In this document: positions 12,948-25,559 of the stretch, in pieces | Layout of the letters: every line of letters begins with the position of its first letter | How positions within the stretch are numbered: the stretch's first letter is position 1 | Assembly (NCBI RefSeq): GCF_009914755.1 | Contig: NC_060926.1 | Source of the DNA: the human T2T-CHM13v2.0 reference genome, Homo sapiens | Length of the DNA: 64,000 nt | Reading direction: 5' to 3' (one strand) | The notes under the pieces: generated by a model | The model's database searches: none | What the model was told of the DNA's origin: nothing | Seen by the model: the letters and a program-made list of their open reading frames with translations, nothing else | Program-made: the position numbers and the translations under genes

Positions 12948-14158
12948 GCCCAGAGATGGGCTTCCCGCAGCGGAGAGAGATGCCGGGGCGGCGATGCGCT
13001 TCCCACAGCGGAGAGAGACGCCGGGGCGGCGATGGGCTCCCCGCAGCGGAGAGAGACGCCAGAGCCGCGATGGGCTCCCCGCAGCGGAGAGAGACGCCGG
13101 GGCGGCGATGGGCTCCCCGCAGCGGAGAGAGACGCCAGAGCCGCGATGGGCTCCCCGCAGCGGAGACAGACGCCGGGGCGGCGATGGGCTCCCCGCAGCG
13201 GAGACAGACGCCGGGGCGGCGATGGGCTCCCCGCAGCGGAGACAGACGCCGGGGCGGCGATGGGCTCCCCGCAGCGGAGACAGACGCCGGGGCGGCGATG
13301 GGCTCCCCGCAGCGGAGACAGACGCCGGGGCCGCGATGGGCTCCCCGCAGCGGAGACAGACGCCGGGGCGGCGATGGGCTCCCCGCAGCGGAGACAGACG
13401 CCGGGGCGGCGATGGGCTCCCCGCAGCGGAGACAGACGCCGGGGCGGCGATGGGCTCCCCGCAGCGGAGACAGACGCCGGGGCGGCGATGGGCTCCCCGC
13501 AGCGGAGACAGACGCCGGGGCGGCGATGGGCTCCCCGCAGCGGAGACAGACGCCGGGGCGGCGATGGGCTCCCCGCAGCGGAGACAGACGCCGGGGCGGC
13601 GATGGGCTCCCCGCAGCGGAGACAGACGCCGGGGCGGCGATGGGCTCCCCGCAGCGGAGAGAGACGCCGGGGCGGCGATGGGCTCCCCGCAGCGGAGAGA
13701 GACGCCGGGGCCGCGATGCGCTCCCCGCAGCGGAGAGAGACGCCGGGGCCGCGATGGGCTCCCCGCAGCGGAGAGAGACGCCGGGGCGGCGATGGGCTCC
13801 CCGCAGCGGAGAGAGACGCCGGGGCGGCGATGGGCTCCCCGCAGCGGAGAGAGACGCCGGGGCCGCGATGGGCTCCCCGCAGCGGAGAGAGACGCCGGGG
13901 CCGCGATGGGCTCCCCGCAGCGGAGAGAGACGCCGGGGCGGCGATGGGCTCCCCGCAGCGGAGAGAGACGCCGGGGCGGCGATGGGCTCCCCGCAGCGGA
14001 GAGAGACGCCGGGGCGGCGATGGGCTCCCCGCAGCGGAGAGAGACGCCGGGGCCGCGATGCGCTCCCCGCAGCGGAGAGAGACGCCGGGGCCGCGATGGG
14101 CTCCCCGCAGCGGAGAGAGACGCCGGGGCGGCGATGCGCTTCCCACAGCAGAGACGCG
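12948..14158. repeat. 38-bp CpG-rich minisatellite, ~32 copies
   Basis: Unit GCCGGGGCGGCGATGGGCTCCCCGCAGCGGAGA(G/C)AGAC, ~6 CpG per unit; no stop codon on either strand. Confidence 0.98.
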
Positions 14159-16087
14159 TCAGAGTCCAACGGGGAAAGGTGGAAAAAGACGAACCGTGTA
14201 AACAATAATCAAAAGGGACATCGGGTGGCTGAATGCAGACAAAATAGACTTTAAGCCAAAAGTCGTTGTTTGAGACACCAAAAGGACATTTTATAAAAAC
14301 AAAAAGGTCAATCTCTCCCAAGACGTAACAAATATGGACACATATCACCCAACACCAGAGCCCAAAATATGCAAAGTAAAAACGGACAGAATTAAAGGGA
14401 GAAATATATGGACACACATCGCCTAACACCAGAGCCCCAAAATACACAACGTAAAAAACGACAGAACTAAAGGGAGAAATAGACAATCTGACAGTGAACG
14501 TTGGTGACTTCACTGGTCCTACCTTGAATGAGTGATGGAGCCACTAGGTAGAAGATCAACAGACAGGAATGAACCCCGTGAACCAACCAGTGGATCCAGC
14601 ATATGAGCCTCTGCCAAACGGTCCACGCAGAGCCGCAGCCACGTTCCTCTCGAGAGGAGAGCGAGACATTCTCCAGGGTGGACCACACACCAGAGCCTGA
14701 AGAAGCCTCAGGAAATGGAGAAGGACTGAGATGCGAAAGTTATGCTCCCTGAACAAAACGGAATGATAGGAGGAATCAATACCAGGAAGGAACTTGGGAA
14801 ATTCAAAAACAGGTGAAACAATGCAAATAACCAAAGAATTCAAGAACACAATTTAATAAAATTATAAAATAACTGAATACTAATTAAAAGGCAAACACAA
14901 GATACTAAAATTTATGGGAAATAGTACTTAGGAGAAAATTTAAAGGTAAAAATGCCTGTATTTAAAAAGAAATATTTCAAGTCAATAACGTAATCTTCAA
15001 TCTTAAGAAATGAGAAGAATAAACACAACTCATGTGCAGCAGACACAAGGAAGGAAATAAAGATACGATGGGGGGTAAATTAAATAGAGAATTAAACAAC
15101 AGTAGCAACAATTCTTGAAACCAAAAGTTAGTTTTTGAAAACCTCAGCAAATTTAACAAACCTTTAGATAGGCTGACCAAGGAATAATAAAGATTAAAAT
15201 TACTAAAATCAGCAATGAAATAAAGGGCATTACTACTGACCTTAGGAAATGAGAAGGATTATAAGCAAATATAATAAATAATTGTATGCTAAAAATTAGA
15301 TAAACTAAAAGAAGTTGACAAATTTCTGGAAAATCTCCAAAAGAAATAGAAAATCTAAATAGAGCAATAACAGTAAAGAGATTGGATTAGTAATCAATAA
15401 ACTTTCCACAAAGAAAAGGCCAGCCCCAGATAGCTTCATGCATGAATTCTACTAAATATTTAAAGAAGAATTAATACCAGTCACTCAAAACATGTCAAAA
15501 GGCCAAAACCAAAACAGAAGAAGAGAGAATAGTCTCAACTCATTCATTCCATAGTCCCAGGATTACCCTGGTACCAAAACTGCACAGAGAACTCACAAGA
15601 TAATAATCGATATCCCTTATGAATAGAGATACAAATATTGGCAAAAATATTAGCAAATTGAATCCAGCAATATATAAGAAGGAATTATACACCATGAATG
15701 ACTGGGATTAACTTCAGGAATGCACAGTTGATTTAACATAAGGAAACAAATGAAAGCAATACACTGTATTAAAAGAATTTTAAAAACCATAATAATCTCA
15801 AAAGATGCAAAAAATTCATTTGACAAAATCCAACATCTTTTTAAGGATAAAAGATGAATGAGCTAAACATAGAAGGAAACTTCCTCAATCTGATAAAATC
15901 CTTCTAAGAAAAGCCCACAGCACACTTAAATTTGAAAGACCAAATGCTTTCCTCTTAAGATCAGGAACAGTACAAGGACGTTCACACTCTCAACTTCTAT
16001 TGAACATTGTCATCGATGTTCCTGTGAGGCAATCAGGCAAGGCAATGAAATGCAAGTCATCTGGATTGGAAGAAAGAAGTCAAACTC

Positions 16088-16437
16088 CTGCGATAGTTTG
16101 CTGAGAATGATGGTTTCCAGCTTCATCCATGTCCTTGCAAAGGACATGAACTCATCATTTTTTATGGCTGCATAGTATTCCATGGTGTATATGTGCCGCA
16201 TTTTCTTAATCCAGTCTATCATTGTTGGATGTTTGGGTTGGTTCCAAGTCTTTGCTATTGTGAATAGTGCCACAATAAACATACGTGTGCATGTGTCTTT
16301 ATAGCATTAGGAGATATACCTAATGCTAAACGACGAGTTAATGGGTGCAGCACACCAACATGGCACATGTATACATATGTAACAAACCTGCACATTGTGC
16401 ACATGTACCCTCAAACTTAAAGTATAATTAAAAAAAA
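16088..16437 (+). mobile_element. 5'-inverted, truncated L1PA nested in the old L1
   Basis: Inverted segment 16088-~16303, then sense 3'UTR end with poly(A). 15-bp TSD AAAGAAGTCAAACTC at 16073-16087 and 16438-16452. Confidence 0.95.
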
Positions 16438-17694
16438 AAAGAAGTCAAACTCTATTATGGATGACATGAACTTGTATATGGAAATCTCTAGAAACACACA
16501 CACAATTTTAATGAATAAATGACTTCAGAAATGTTGCTGGGTACATGAACAATATACAAAAATCAATTGTAGACCTATATGATGGCAATAAAAAATTCAA
16601 AAATCAAATTAAAACAATTTCATTTACAATAGCATCGATGAATCAAATAGGAAGAAATATAACAAAAAAGTTATGACTTGTTACTGTAAACTACAAAACA
16701 CTGTTTAAAAAATTAGATACATAGAATGATATTTTATGCTTATGGATTGGAAAACTTAACACTGTTAAGGTCAAATTGATCTGCAGATTCAACAAAATCC
16801 CTTTCAAAAATTTCAACTCAGCTGCTTTACTTCTAGAAATTGACTAGTTAATCCTAAAATTCATATGGAAATATAAGGAGCTACAAACACCAAAAACAAT
16901 CTTAAAGAAAATTTTAAACAAAGTTGTTGGATTCGTGCTTCATGATTTCAAAGTGGCACAGCCAAGCTACAGTAGTAAAAACAGTATGACAGAGGCATAA
17001 AGATAGATACATACATCAATGAAATTGAACTGAAAGTCTAGAAATAAGCCCTTATATTTATGGCCAATTGATTTTTGACAAGTGTGCCAATGGAATTCAA
17101 GGAGGAAAGAATGGTCTTTACAACAAATGGTACTAGGACAACTGGATATCCACCTGCAAAAGAATGTAATTTGATTTCTACTTCACACCATATACAATTT
17201 TAATTCAAAATGAATCATAGGTCTAAAAGTAAGGTTAAAACTATAAAACTTTTAGCAGAAAACATAGGAGTACATTCTGTGTGACCTTGGATTTGGCGAT
17301 GATTTATTAGAACTGACACCAAAAGCACAAGCAACAAAAGACACATCAGATAATTTGGACTTTATCACAATTTTGTAAATATTCAAAATAAATTTAAAGA
17401 TTATCTTGCAGTTTCAAAAGACACCCTCAAGTATGTGTAAAGACAACACACAGAACGGGAGAAAATATTTGCAAATCACAAATCTGATAAAGCACTGTTA
17501 TACAAATATATAAAGAATGCTAATAACCAGTGATAAAAAGAAATACAAGCAAATTAAATGAACAAAAACTAGATAGTTCTCCTAAAAAGATATACAGATG
17601 ACCCATAAGCCTTTGAAAATGCTCAAAATTATTAATTAGGAAAATGCAAATTAAACCACAATAAAACATCACTTCACAACAACTACATTGACAC

Positions 17695-17719
17695 GAGAGA
17701 GAGAGAGAGAGAGAGAGAG
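17695..17719. repeat. (GA)n microsatellite
   Basis: About 12 GA units. Confidence 0.9.
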
Positions 17720-18491
17720 GGGTGAAAATATCAGAAGCTTCAATCATTGTTAATGGAATTGGAAAATGCAGCCACTTTGGAAAACAGTTTGGCAGATCCT
17801 CAAAACTGCAACAGAGTTACCATATAATTCAGCTATTTCATTCCTGAATGTATACTTAGGAGAACTGTGGTAATATTCACACACAAAAGCTGGCACACAA
17901 ATGTTCATAGCAACATTTGGTATTGATCATAATACCAAAAAAAGGAAACACATCAAATGTTCAACAACTGATAAATGGAGAACCAAAATGTGGTATATTC
18001 ATACAACAGATTATTATCAGCAATAAAAAGAAATGAAAAAATGTTGTAAAATAGTTGCATCATCAAAACATCACTTTAAATGAAATAAACCAAAGATTCT
18101 ATTTACATGAAATGTTAAGATTCCATTTGCATGAAATGTCTATAATCAGCAAATCCACAGAGGCAGAAAGTAGATTTGTGGTCGCCAGGGCTTGGGGGAG
18201 AGGGAGGAAGGGGAATGACTGCTGTTGAGTCCAAGGTTCATTTTAGGATGATTTAAATGTTGTAAAATTATATAGCAGTGATGGTTGGACATCTCTATGA
18301 ATACACTAAAAATGTTGAAGTGTATACTTGAAAGTGATGACGATCGTGGTCTGTGAATTACATCTTAACAAGTCTATAATTTAACAGAAATTTGCAGGTA
18401 GTCACTATTATTGGAATCATAACATAGAGAAGAACAATGAATAAGCTTCAAGAAACTGTGTTATGAATATGAATCTGGAACAAAGAATGAA

Positions 18492-18715
18492 CGACGAGAA
18501 CACATGGACACAGGAAGGGGAACATCACACACCGGGGCCTGTTGTGGGGTTGGGGGAGCGGGGAGGGATAGCATTAGGAGATATACCTAATGCTAAATGA
18601 CGAGTTAATGGGTGCAGCATGCCAGCATGGCACATGTATACATATGTAACAAACCTGGACGTCGTGCACATGTACCCTAAAACTTAAAGTATAATCATAA
18701 TAAAATTAAAAAAAA
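18492..18715 (+). mobile_element. Short 5'-truncated L1PA (L1PA3-like) 3'UTR
   Basis: GAGAACACATGGACACAGGAAGGGGAACATCAC...CTAATGCTAAATGACGAG...poly(A). TSD AAAGAATGAA at 18482-18491 and 18716-18725. Confidence 0.93.
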
Positions 18716-18989
18716 AAAGAATGAAATACAGAGCCTGCAGCCTGAGTTCTAAGCTCCATTATATTTTGGCAGCCAATGACATACTGAACATCCAGTGGTG
18801 ATTCTCCACCGTGTCTCTTCTGGACTCAAGGGTAGCCAATGATAGATACCGAACATCGGGTGGCAATTCTCTGCCGTGTCTCTTTTGGACGCAAGGGTGT
18901 GATGGGGATTTGCCGGGAACTTGTGCTTCCTCCATGGGTTAATGAGGGGCTAGTCATTTACAGACTGGTCGGGGGCAGTGCCTGACACT

Positions 18990-19380
18990 CAGGGGCCTGG
19001 GGCAGTAGGGAGGGTCAGATTTTGACATTTTAGGGAGTTTGGTATTGACTTGAGGTGAGAGAGGTCGCCGAGGACTGCGATGGTCGCTCTTGTATTTGAA
19101 CAAAATGACTGCTGCCAAGGTGTAGGACTGATGGAGGGAGACCCTCAGTGTGGACAGCACTGCCCCAGACGCCTTGCAGCGTCACAGATGGGCACTGCTG
19201 CAGTCGCAAGGGGGTACCCACCACTGGCAGGAGCAGGAGAGGGCAAAGCAGGCAGCATCCAGGGCTCTCGTGACCAGGAGACAAGGAGAATGGAAAGGTG
19301 GTCACTGGGATTCTCGCCTGGGTGGCTCCAAAACTGGGGGCGTGGTTAACTAAGATCTGGAATTGGAGGGAAGAACCACA
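18990..19380 (-). mobile_element. L2 remnant
   Basis: Weak resemblance to L2 3' region (TTTGAACAAAATGACTGCTGCC..., GGATTCTCGCCTGGGTGGCT). Confidence 0.4.
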
Positions 19381-21079
19381 TTTAAACATAAATGATCTTT
19401 TTAAATATAAGGATGATGATGATGATAGTGTGTGTCTGTTTTGATGCATGTCACATTAAAATCTGGGGGTCTGTGAGCCATGAAGTTGACAATTTCCAAT
19501 AAGCATAAAGTGTGTTTCCTTAGCTGAGAAAATTATTTACAATAAAGGGAATGCTAATGTATGTTTCATTGCTATGTGCAAGGAAGCTGAAGTTACTGAT
19601 ACATAATTTCTCCCAAGGAGAATTGTGGCTTCAGTGGAGCCGAGAGATGTATCCTTGGGAAACCAGCATATTTAGATACAGCTTAAGAAACAGGTGCCCC
19701 TGAAAACACAACCTGAGCCCACTTGGAGACATGAGCAGCCTTTGACTATTTGGAGGCCCAAATAGACCTCCAGCAGCAGGGATGGGATGGGGCCCTCTGT
19801 GGAGCTTCGAGGGACAGATATGGGCCACAGAGTGTAGATGGCTCTGTGAAGACAGGAGGTGTTTGGAGAAAATAAAGGACAAAGTGGACAGAGGGATGGA
19901 GACACAGAGAGACAGATATACAGACACACAGACAAGATAGAAGGACAGGGGACAGAGGGGCTGGTTCTTCCCCCAACTCTTTGTTCCCTCTTCTTCTTTT
20001 GCAATGAGCTAAGCCATCCTCTTAAACTATAAAATAGTTGTCACGCATCCTGCAAAACTTTTGTTCCTTAAATTATGTTAGGGTGTAATTTTCTCACATC
20101 TCAGTCTTTCCAAAGAATATTTACTTGTAATTTAGAAATTAATTACAAGTCCTTTTTATAGAGACTACTCCCTAGTTGAAAAAGTATTGCTGAAAAATTA
20201 TATGCTGTCATTGACTTATGACTGATCAATTGATGTCATTTGACAATTATAATTCATACCGTATTGCCACTTACAGCTAAGTGTAGTTATTTACTTAGCA
20301 CTAAATTGTTTTGAAGGTTACTTAGAGCAGTACCAATTTATTGTATGGGATGGTATAATGGCATTCGATGGCATAAAATACTACATGCCTTTATCATCCT
20401 TGTTATATTTTATTACAACACTTAATTTTCCATTGAAATATGTATGACAGCAATTTTGCTGCATAAAAGAGAATTTTGTATTTTAAAAGTATGACTTTCC
20501 CTTGAGAGATAACGTAATGCCTTTGAACGCGGCAGGAGCCCTGCACGATGGCTGTACATGTGGAGGCAGCGGGTGAAGCCTCAATCCTGTCACCTGCTCC
20601 GTAAACAGGCACTCGATGGGCTGGAGCACACACGAAGCTTCTCTGCAAACTCTGGCTTCCCACTCGGATATTCAGCAGCACACGGCCATTGTTAATGAGA
20701 TGCTAAATGTTCTACCCTCAGAGCTGTGCCCCTCGATGACAGAGAAGGAATAGAAAGTAAGGTTTGATTGAATGGCATTTAGTTATCCGTGCTCGCCATG
20801 TTTAAACACCTCAGGCAGGGGTGGAGGGGGCTCCCTCTTCCTTTTTACACTTTGACTTTTTGGCTTGGACACTTGTGGCTCTGTGACAGTCCTGAGTGGC
20901 TTCATTCCTGGTGACTGCCTGTGGACGTGCTCCTGCCAGGCTCACCTCAGAGGAAGCAGAGGTCGCTGAGGTGTGCAGTCACTAGAGCTGTGGATGACTT
21001 CAGCCCCCAGGGCCCAGAGTACATGTTTGCCAAAATGTGGAGGCAACATGCATGGCCCTGAACACCAACTGAGAGTAAG

Positions 21080-21230
21080 ACGGAGACCAAGAGCAACCAG
21101 CAGGAGTTTGACCTCTGGATCGAGCCATGCCTGAAGCCTCCCCTTTTTGAACTGTCCAGTTAATGAGAGTTCATTTTGTCCCTTTTTTGCATAAGTGCGT
21201 TTTAGCTGATTTCCCTCACTCGTAACCAAA
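21080..21230 (+). mobile_element. Old MLT1-type LTR 3' remnant
   Basis: CTGGATCGAGCCATGCCTGAAGCC...CTCACTCGTAACCAAA resembles MLT1 LTR ends. Confidence 0.5.
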
Positions 21231-21719
21231 GCTTTTTGATGCAGAGATGGTACTGGATGTGGGTCTGTTCATATCACAAGCTTCAAAGGGGCAATGAGCA
21301 GAGTTAAGTGTCTCCTGGCTGGAGAGGGTTGAAGCTTTGTCATGAGGTAGGAAGACTCCTGCCAGACCTCAACCTGGCAGGTGATAGCCCGTGGGGATCC
21401 CGACAGCTATGCATTCCCAGAGAAAGGGCAGCTCAGGGGAGTTTGTGGTTTGGAGAGAAATGGTGCGTCCAGCTGATGTCAGAGGAGACAAGGACGAGCT
21501 CCAGCCCCAGTTAGGTTCCGGGAGTGCACAGCCCACACTCCTGGGTGTGAGCAGGACGGGAGCCTGGAGCCAGGGCCAGCATTCACCCACAGTTAGGTTC
21601 CGGGAGTGCGTGGCCCACACTCCTGGGTGTGAGCAGGACGGGAGCCTGGAGCCAGGGGTCCTTCCAGTCCATGACAAGGAGGCTGGGCTTGCTCTGAACA
21701 GAGCCGGAGGCCAGACTGG

Positions 21720-22320
21720 CTTGAATGGGGGAAGAGGAGCAGCGGCCGGAGAAGTGTGGGGGTTGGGCGGGGTCGGAGGGCTTCCGAAGGGCTGACCGCA
21801 TCTCTTAGATAACAAGCGGGAACAACGCGGGACCCACTAGGAGCAGGTGTTTGTCCCGGCCTTGGAAGCGGTGCTGGGACCCTTACTCAGGTCAGCAGGC
21901 CCGGAAGGCCATGGCCCCCATGGCTCCTGACTCAGAGCTGGACGAGGTTCTACGGTTCCAGGGTAGGATCGGTCCCTCCCACCATTTGTGCAGAGCCAGG
22001 GGCCTGCGAGACCCAGAAGAAAGCTGTGCCCTTGCTCCTGGCGGCTTGTCCCAAGTGGGCGGCTCTGGGCCTGGTCGCCCAAGGGCTTTGCGGCTGACAT
22101 CCTTCTCTCCATGGCGCCCTGGGACCTGCCCTGCTCAGCGCCATTCCCTAGGTAACGGGGGGACCTGGGGTGTACTGCCAGGAGCAGGCGGAGGAGCAAG
22201 CCCCCTCTTCCCAGGCTCCACGCTTTAGGCCCTGACTGGGAGTGGTGCTCCCCGGCGTGGCCGTTGTCTCCTCAGCCTGGGGAGCAGGCCCTCTCTCCGG
22301 ATGGCCGAAGCGTGTCCCTC
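21720..22320. promoter_or_regulatory. Weak CpG-enriched GC-rich island, possible regulatory element
   Basis: Local CpG excess; GC box GGGCGGGG near 21765. No transcript evidence available from the sequence alone. Confidence 0.35.
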
Positions 22321-23914
22321 AGAACTAAGCTCTGGCCAGGCAGACCTCTGTCCCCATGTCTGTTTATGAACCTGCACTGGGACCAGAAGTTAAGAATCCA
22401 AGCATTCAAAATAAAAGCCGTAAAAAAAATTCCTAAACTTAAGAAACTGCACATTTTCTGGAACGCACAGTTAGGACGGGTTTATGAGGGGCAGTGTAAA
22501 GCGTGTTGCAAAGCCCCCAAAACCTAAAAAGGACCCAGAAAGTATTGACTGCATCCTCCTGGATATAATCTATGTGCGTTGCAAGCGCTAACACCGCCTG
22601 GCCAGCGAGAATGGCTGCTTGCACATCCTGTGGGCTTTATGATTTACTCTCATAGAAAAGACACACATATCTAAAAACACATGTCACCAGCAGAGTTAAT
22701 CACCTGTTGGACACACAATGCGCCGCACACCCCAGATCTGGAGCCGCCTCCAGGTCTGCAGAGCCTGGCGGGGTCACAGGCATCCATCTCTTCAAATGAC
22801 GCTTTCTCATAATTCAACAGCCTTCAGCCTATGAACAATAATTTAGTTTTTGTAAAGAATAAAAAACACATCTTTTTATAAATTTGTTGAAAGGTAAAGT
22901 TCATTTTTTTCTCATTCCCCTCTTTTCTTTCCATCTCTTCTTGATGATTATTTTTTGAGGTTACTTTAATCCAGGATGAAATACAGCAATTAGAAAATAA
23001 CATGCATTAAATCTTACAGTATATTAGAGAAAATCGTCAAAATTAATAAAAGCAGAAAGAGTCCTCTTTTGTAAAGAAAAAAATGAAGAAACTAATAGTC
23101 TAGAAATATGCGTATGCATTTAGTGCATAAAAATGGAAAATGGAGGGTAATTCCGTGCAAGCTGGACACCTGTATTTGAATAAGTTTAGTAATGAAAAAG
23201 GGCCAACCTATTTTATTTTAAGATGAGGATTCAGGGGGACTGGAGGGCCGTGGGCACCTGCGTCTTCCAGAGGCAACCCTGGAATGAGTTTGTTTCCATT
23301 TCTTGCAGCAGCTGGCTTAGCTAACCACACAATCTGAAAGATGCCTGAAGGCAGTTAAACAGTCCTCACCTATTCAGCCGTAATTCACCCAATTAGGTGA
23401 CAGGTCCGACCCGAAGGACCTGGAGAGGCTCTCACAGTCATCACATCTTCTTTTTGGCCAGTTGAGAGCTGGCTCCGACTCGGAGGCGTGGGGGGCCCTG
23501 CACAGACCCAGGGGAGCTGCTGGGATGGAGCCCACCTCAGGGGTCTGGGACGTTGCTTCAGACTCGCCTTTCAACGGAACATGCTGGGCTGACAGCCTTG
23601 TGGTTTCCCTGACTTTGAATCGGGTCTGTTTGGCATATTTGCTTAGAGACCTAGTCTTGAAGAGTTCAATGGTTTGGCTTCAGAAATTGTTTTAGAATAT
23701 TTTCGAATAGGACAGAGTGATCAAGGGAAAAATGCTGAATAGGAAACACTACCATGTAAACGTGGAATCTTTTAAAGAGCTAAAATATTAAAGTACTGAA
23801 ACAATATGAAGATGTTTGATTTACTTATTTTCACACATACAAGATGTGTGTGTATTTGTGAGTGTGTATCTGTGTGCATTCCTGTGTGTGTGCACCTGGG
23901 TGTGCACACCTGCG

Positions 23915-24350
23915 TACCTCTAAGCACCGTTCTAGCTGTGGGGAAATAGCAGTGAACAAAGTCTTGCCCTCCTAAAGGGAGAGAGAAATAGGAGAAACGG
24001 GTAAGGAGCCTGGTACGGGTCGAGTGATAAACGCTGTGGAGAGCGAAGCAGAGGGGCTGGGGTCCTGGAACCCCAGGCAGGGTCCACACTGAAGTTTTAA
24101 ATTTAGGGGATCGGGAGGGTTATTTTGGTCAAATAGGAGGGGAACCTGCAGGAGCTACTGTGCTCTGGACGAGGAATGAGGCTGGCAGGCCTGGCCGGGG
24201 CATCCAGCTCTGTGGACCTGAAGCTTCCGTGACGGTGGCACTCATTTAGGGATGACAAGCCTTAGAGCCAAAGGTGGAGGTGAGCGCGAGACCAGGTTGA
24301 GCAAAGCCCCATCAGCCACGAGGCTTCCTAGAGGGCAGGGGGACTGGAGG
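23915..24350 (-). mobile_element. L2 3' remnant
   Basis: AAGCACCGTTCTAGCTGTGGGGAAATAGCAGTGAACAAAGTCTTGCCCTC matches the L2a 3' pattern in reverse. Confidence 0.55.
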
Positions 24351-25559
24351 ACACAGGAGCATGAGGGCAGGAGCCCTGAGAACAAGGGGCCATGCTGGCA
24401 GGCGAAGATGTGGCTGATTGTCTGGGAAGGGGAGGCCAGTGCTGGGTGAGGGCGTGAACCTGCGTGCCCTTATATTTTGTGGTAGCCATATTTACAAAAA
24501 CGAAACAGTAACCGGTAAAATTCCTGCTGCCGATGTATTTTACTGAACTCAGTATATCAGAACAACTATCCACTCACCCTGAAATCAATGCGACACATCT
24601 TTGGACATTTGAGACTCTATGCCACATACCAAGTCTCTAAAATCCAACTTGTATTATACATCTATAGCCCCCGCCCCATTCAATCCAGGGCAGCATTGCA
24701 GTGCCGTGGCCCCCAGCAGCCCACATCAGAGCCTGGGTGCTGACGTCCTGGCAGGGGGAACTGGAGGCGCCAAAAGGAAATGCCTTCTTCAGTAGGGGAG
24801 TGTCCCCCGCCCCACTGCTCTGGGAACAGCTGCAGGCAGGTTCCCTCTCTCCAAGCACTCTCAGACAGTGCCGTGATGAGACCCTTGTCACAGGTATTTG
24901 TGGGGACTCTGTGTCTTCTAGGAAAGGCTCCCGGGTCGTGGTCTCCCTGACAAGAGTCCTGCACTATGCAGGTTGCTCTCCTGATCCTCAAATGTGTCCT
25001 GGAGCTTCCCCTGGACCCTGGACACCCCAGCACGTGGGTGAGCCGATGTCCAATGCAGGCCACGCACGAAATGCATCCACAGTGGGAGCCAGTGGTCATC
25101 CTGGTCAGGGCCAGCCTGCAGTTACCCCTGCCTGGCAAATAAGACATGGAGGTCGGGAGGGCTGGTTCCCTACTCCTGGTCATGTCACGGGACATTCTGG
25201 AACTGAGGCTCCATGTCTAGAAGCAGTGCCTGCTGGTGTCCCTGTGAGCTTGGGGGCCCATCTTCCAGGCCAGTCCTTGGTTCCTGCATAATCATTATGA
25301 TACTGCCTTTCTTCTTCATAATTTTATGGAGGCTGACTTTATTTTAATTTCTCTGGTATATTTTTTAAAAACAAAAAGCAAAGTAGAAAGAATAATGTAA
25401 GACAAATGCCATTTGTTTTCTACCCGATAATATTCTGTAATAATTGTAACTCTCTTTTAACAAAATAAAAAACATGAACTGTTGCAGGCAAACCCCTCTG
25501 TCACCCTCCACTGTCTTTGCCATTTCTGATCTTTGCCAGAATTGTCTTTTAAAATTTTA

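Larger units (their letters stand above)
12660..18380 (+). mobile_element. Old L1 (L1MB-like), inter-ORF region through ORF2 to 3'UTR, degenerate
   Basis: ORF2 start-like VDANPTFSVITF at 12862; EN-domain remnant WKKTNRVNNNQK and CAGACAAAATAGACTTTAAG; RT-region motifs; L1MB-type 3' end (GCAAATCCACAGAGGCAGAAAGTAGATTTGTGG...GTGAATTACATCT). Many stop codons. Confidence 0.9.

Noticed and set aside
12783-14513. Six overlapping 389-576 aa ORFs covering all frames
   Set aside because: The 38-bp unit has no stop codon on either strand, so every frame stays open. The products are periodic and flanked by decayed L1; there is no coding evidence.
24680-25291. 171 and 196 aa antiparallel ORFs
   Set aside because: GC-rich, no recognisable homology and no supporting exon structure.
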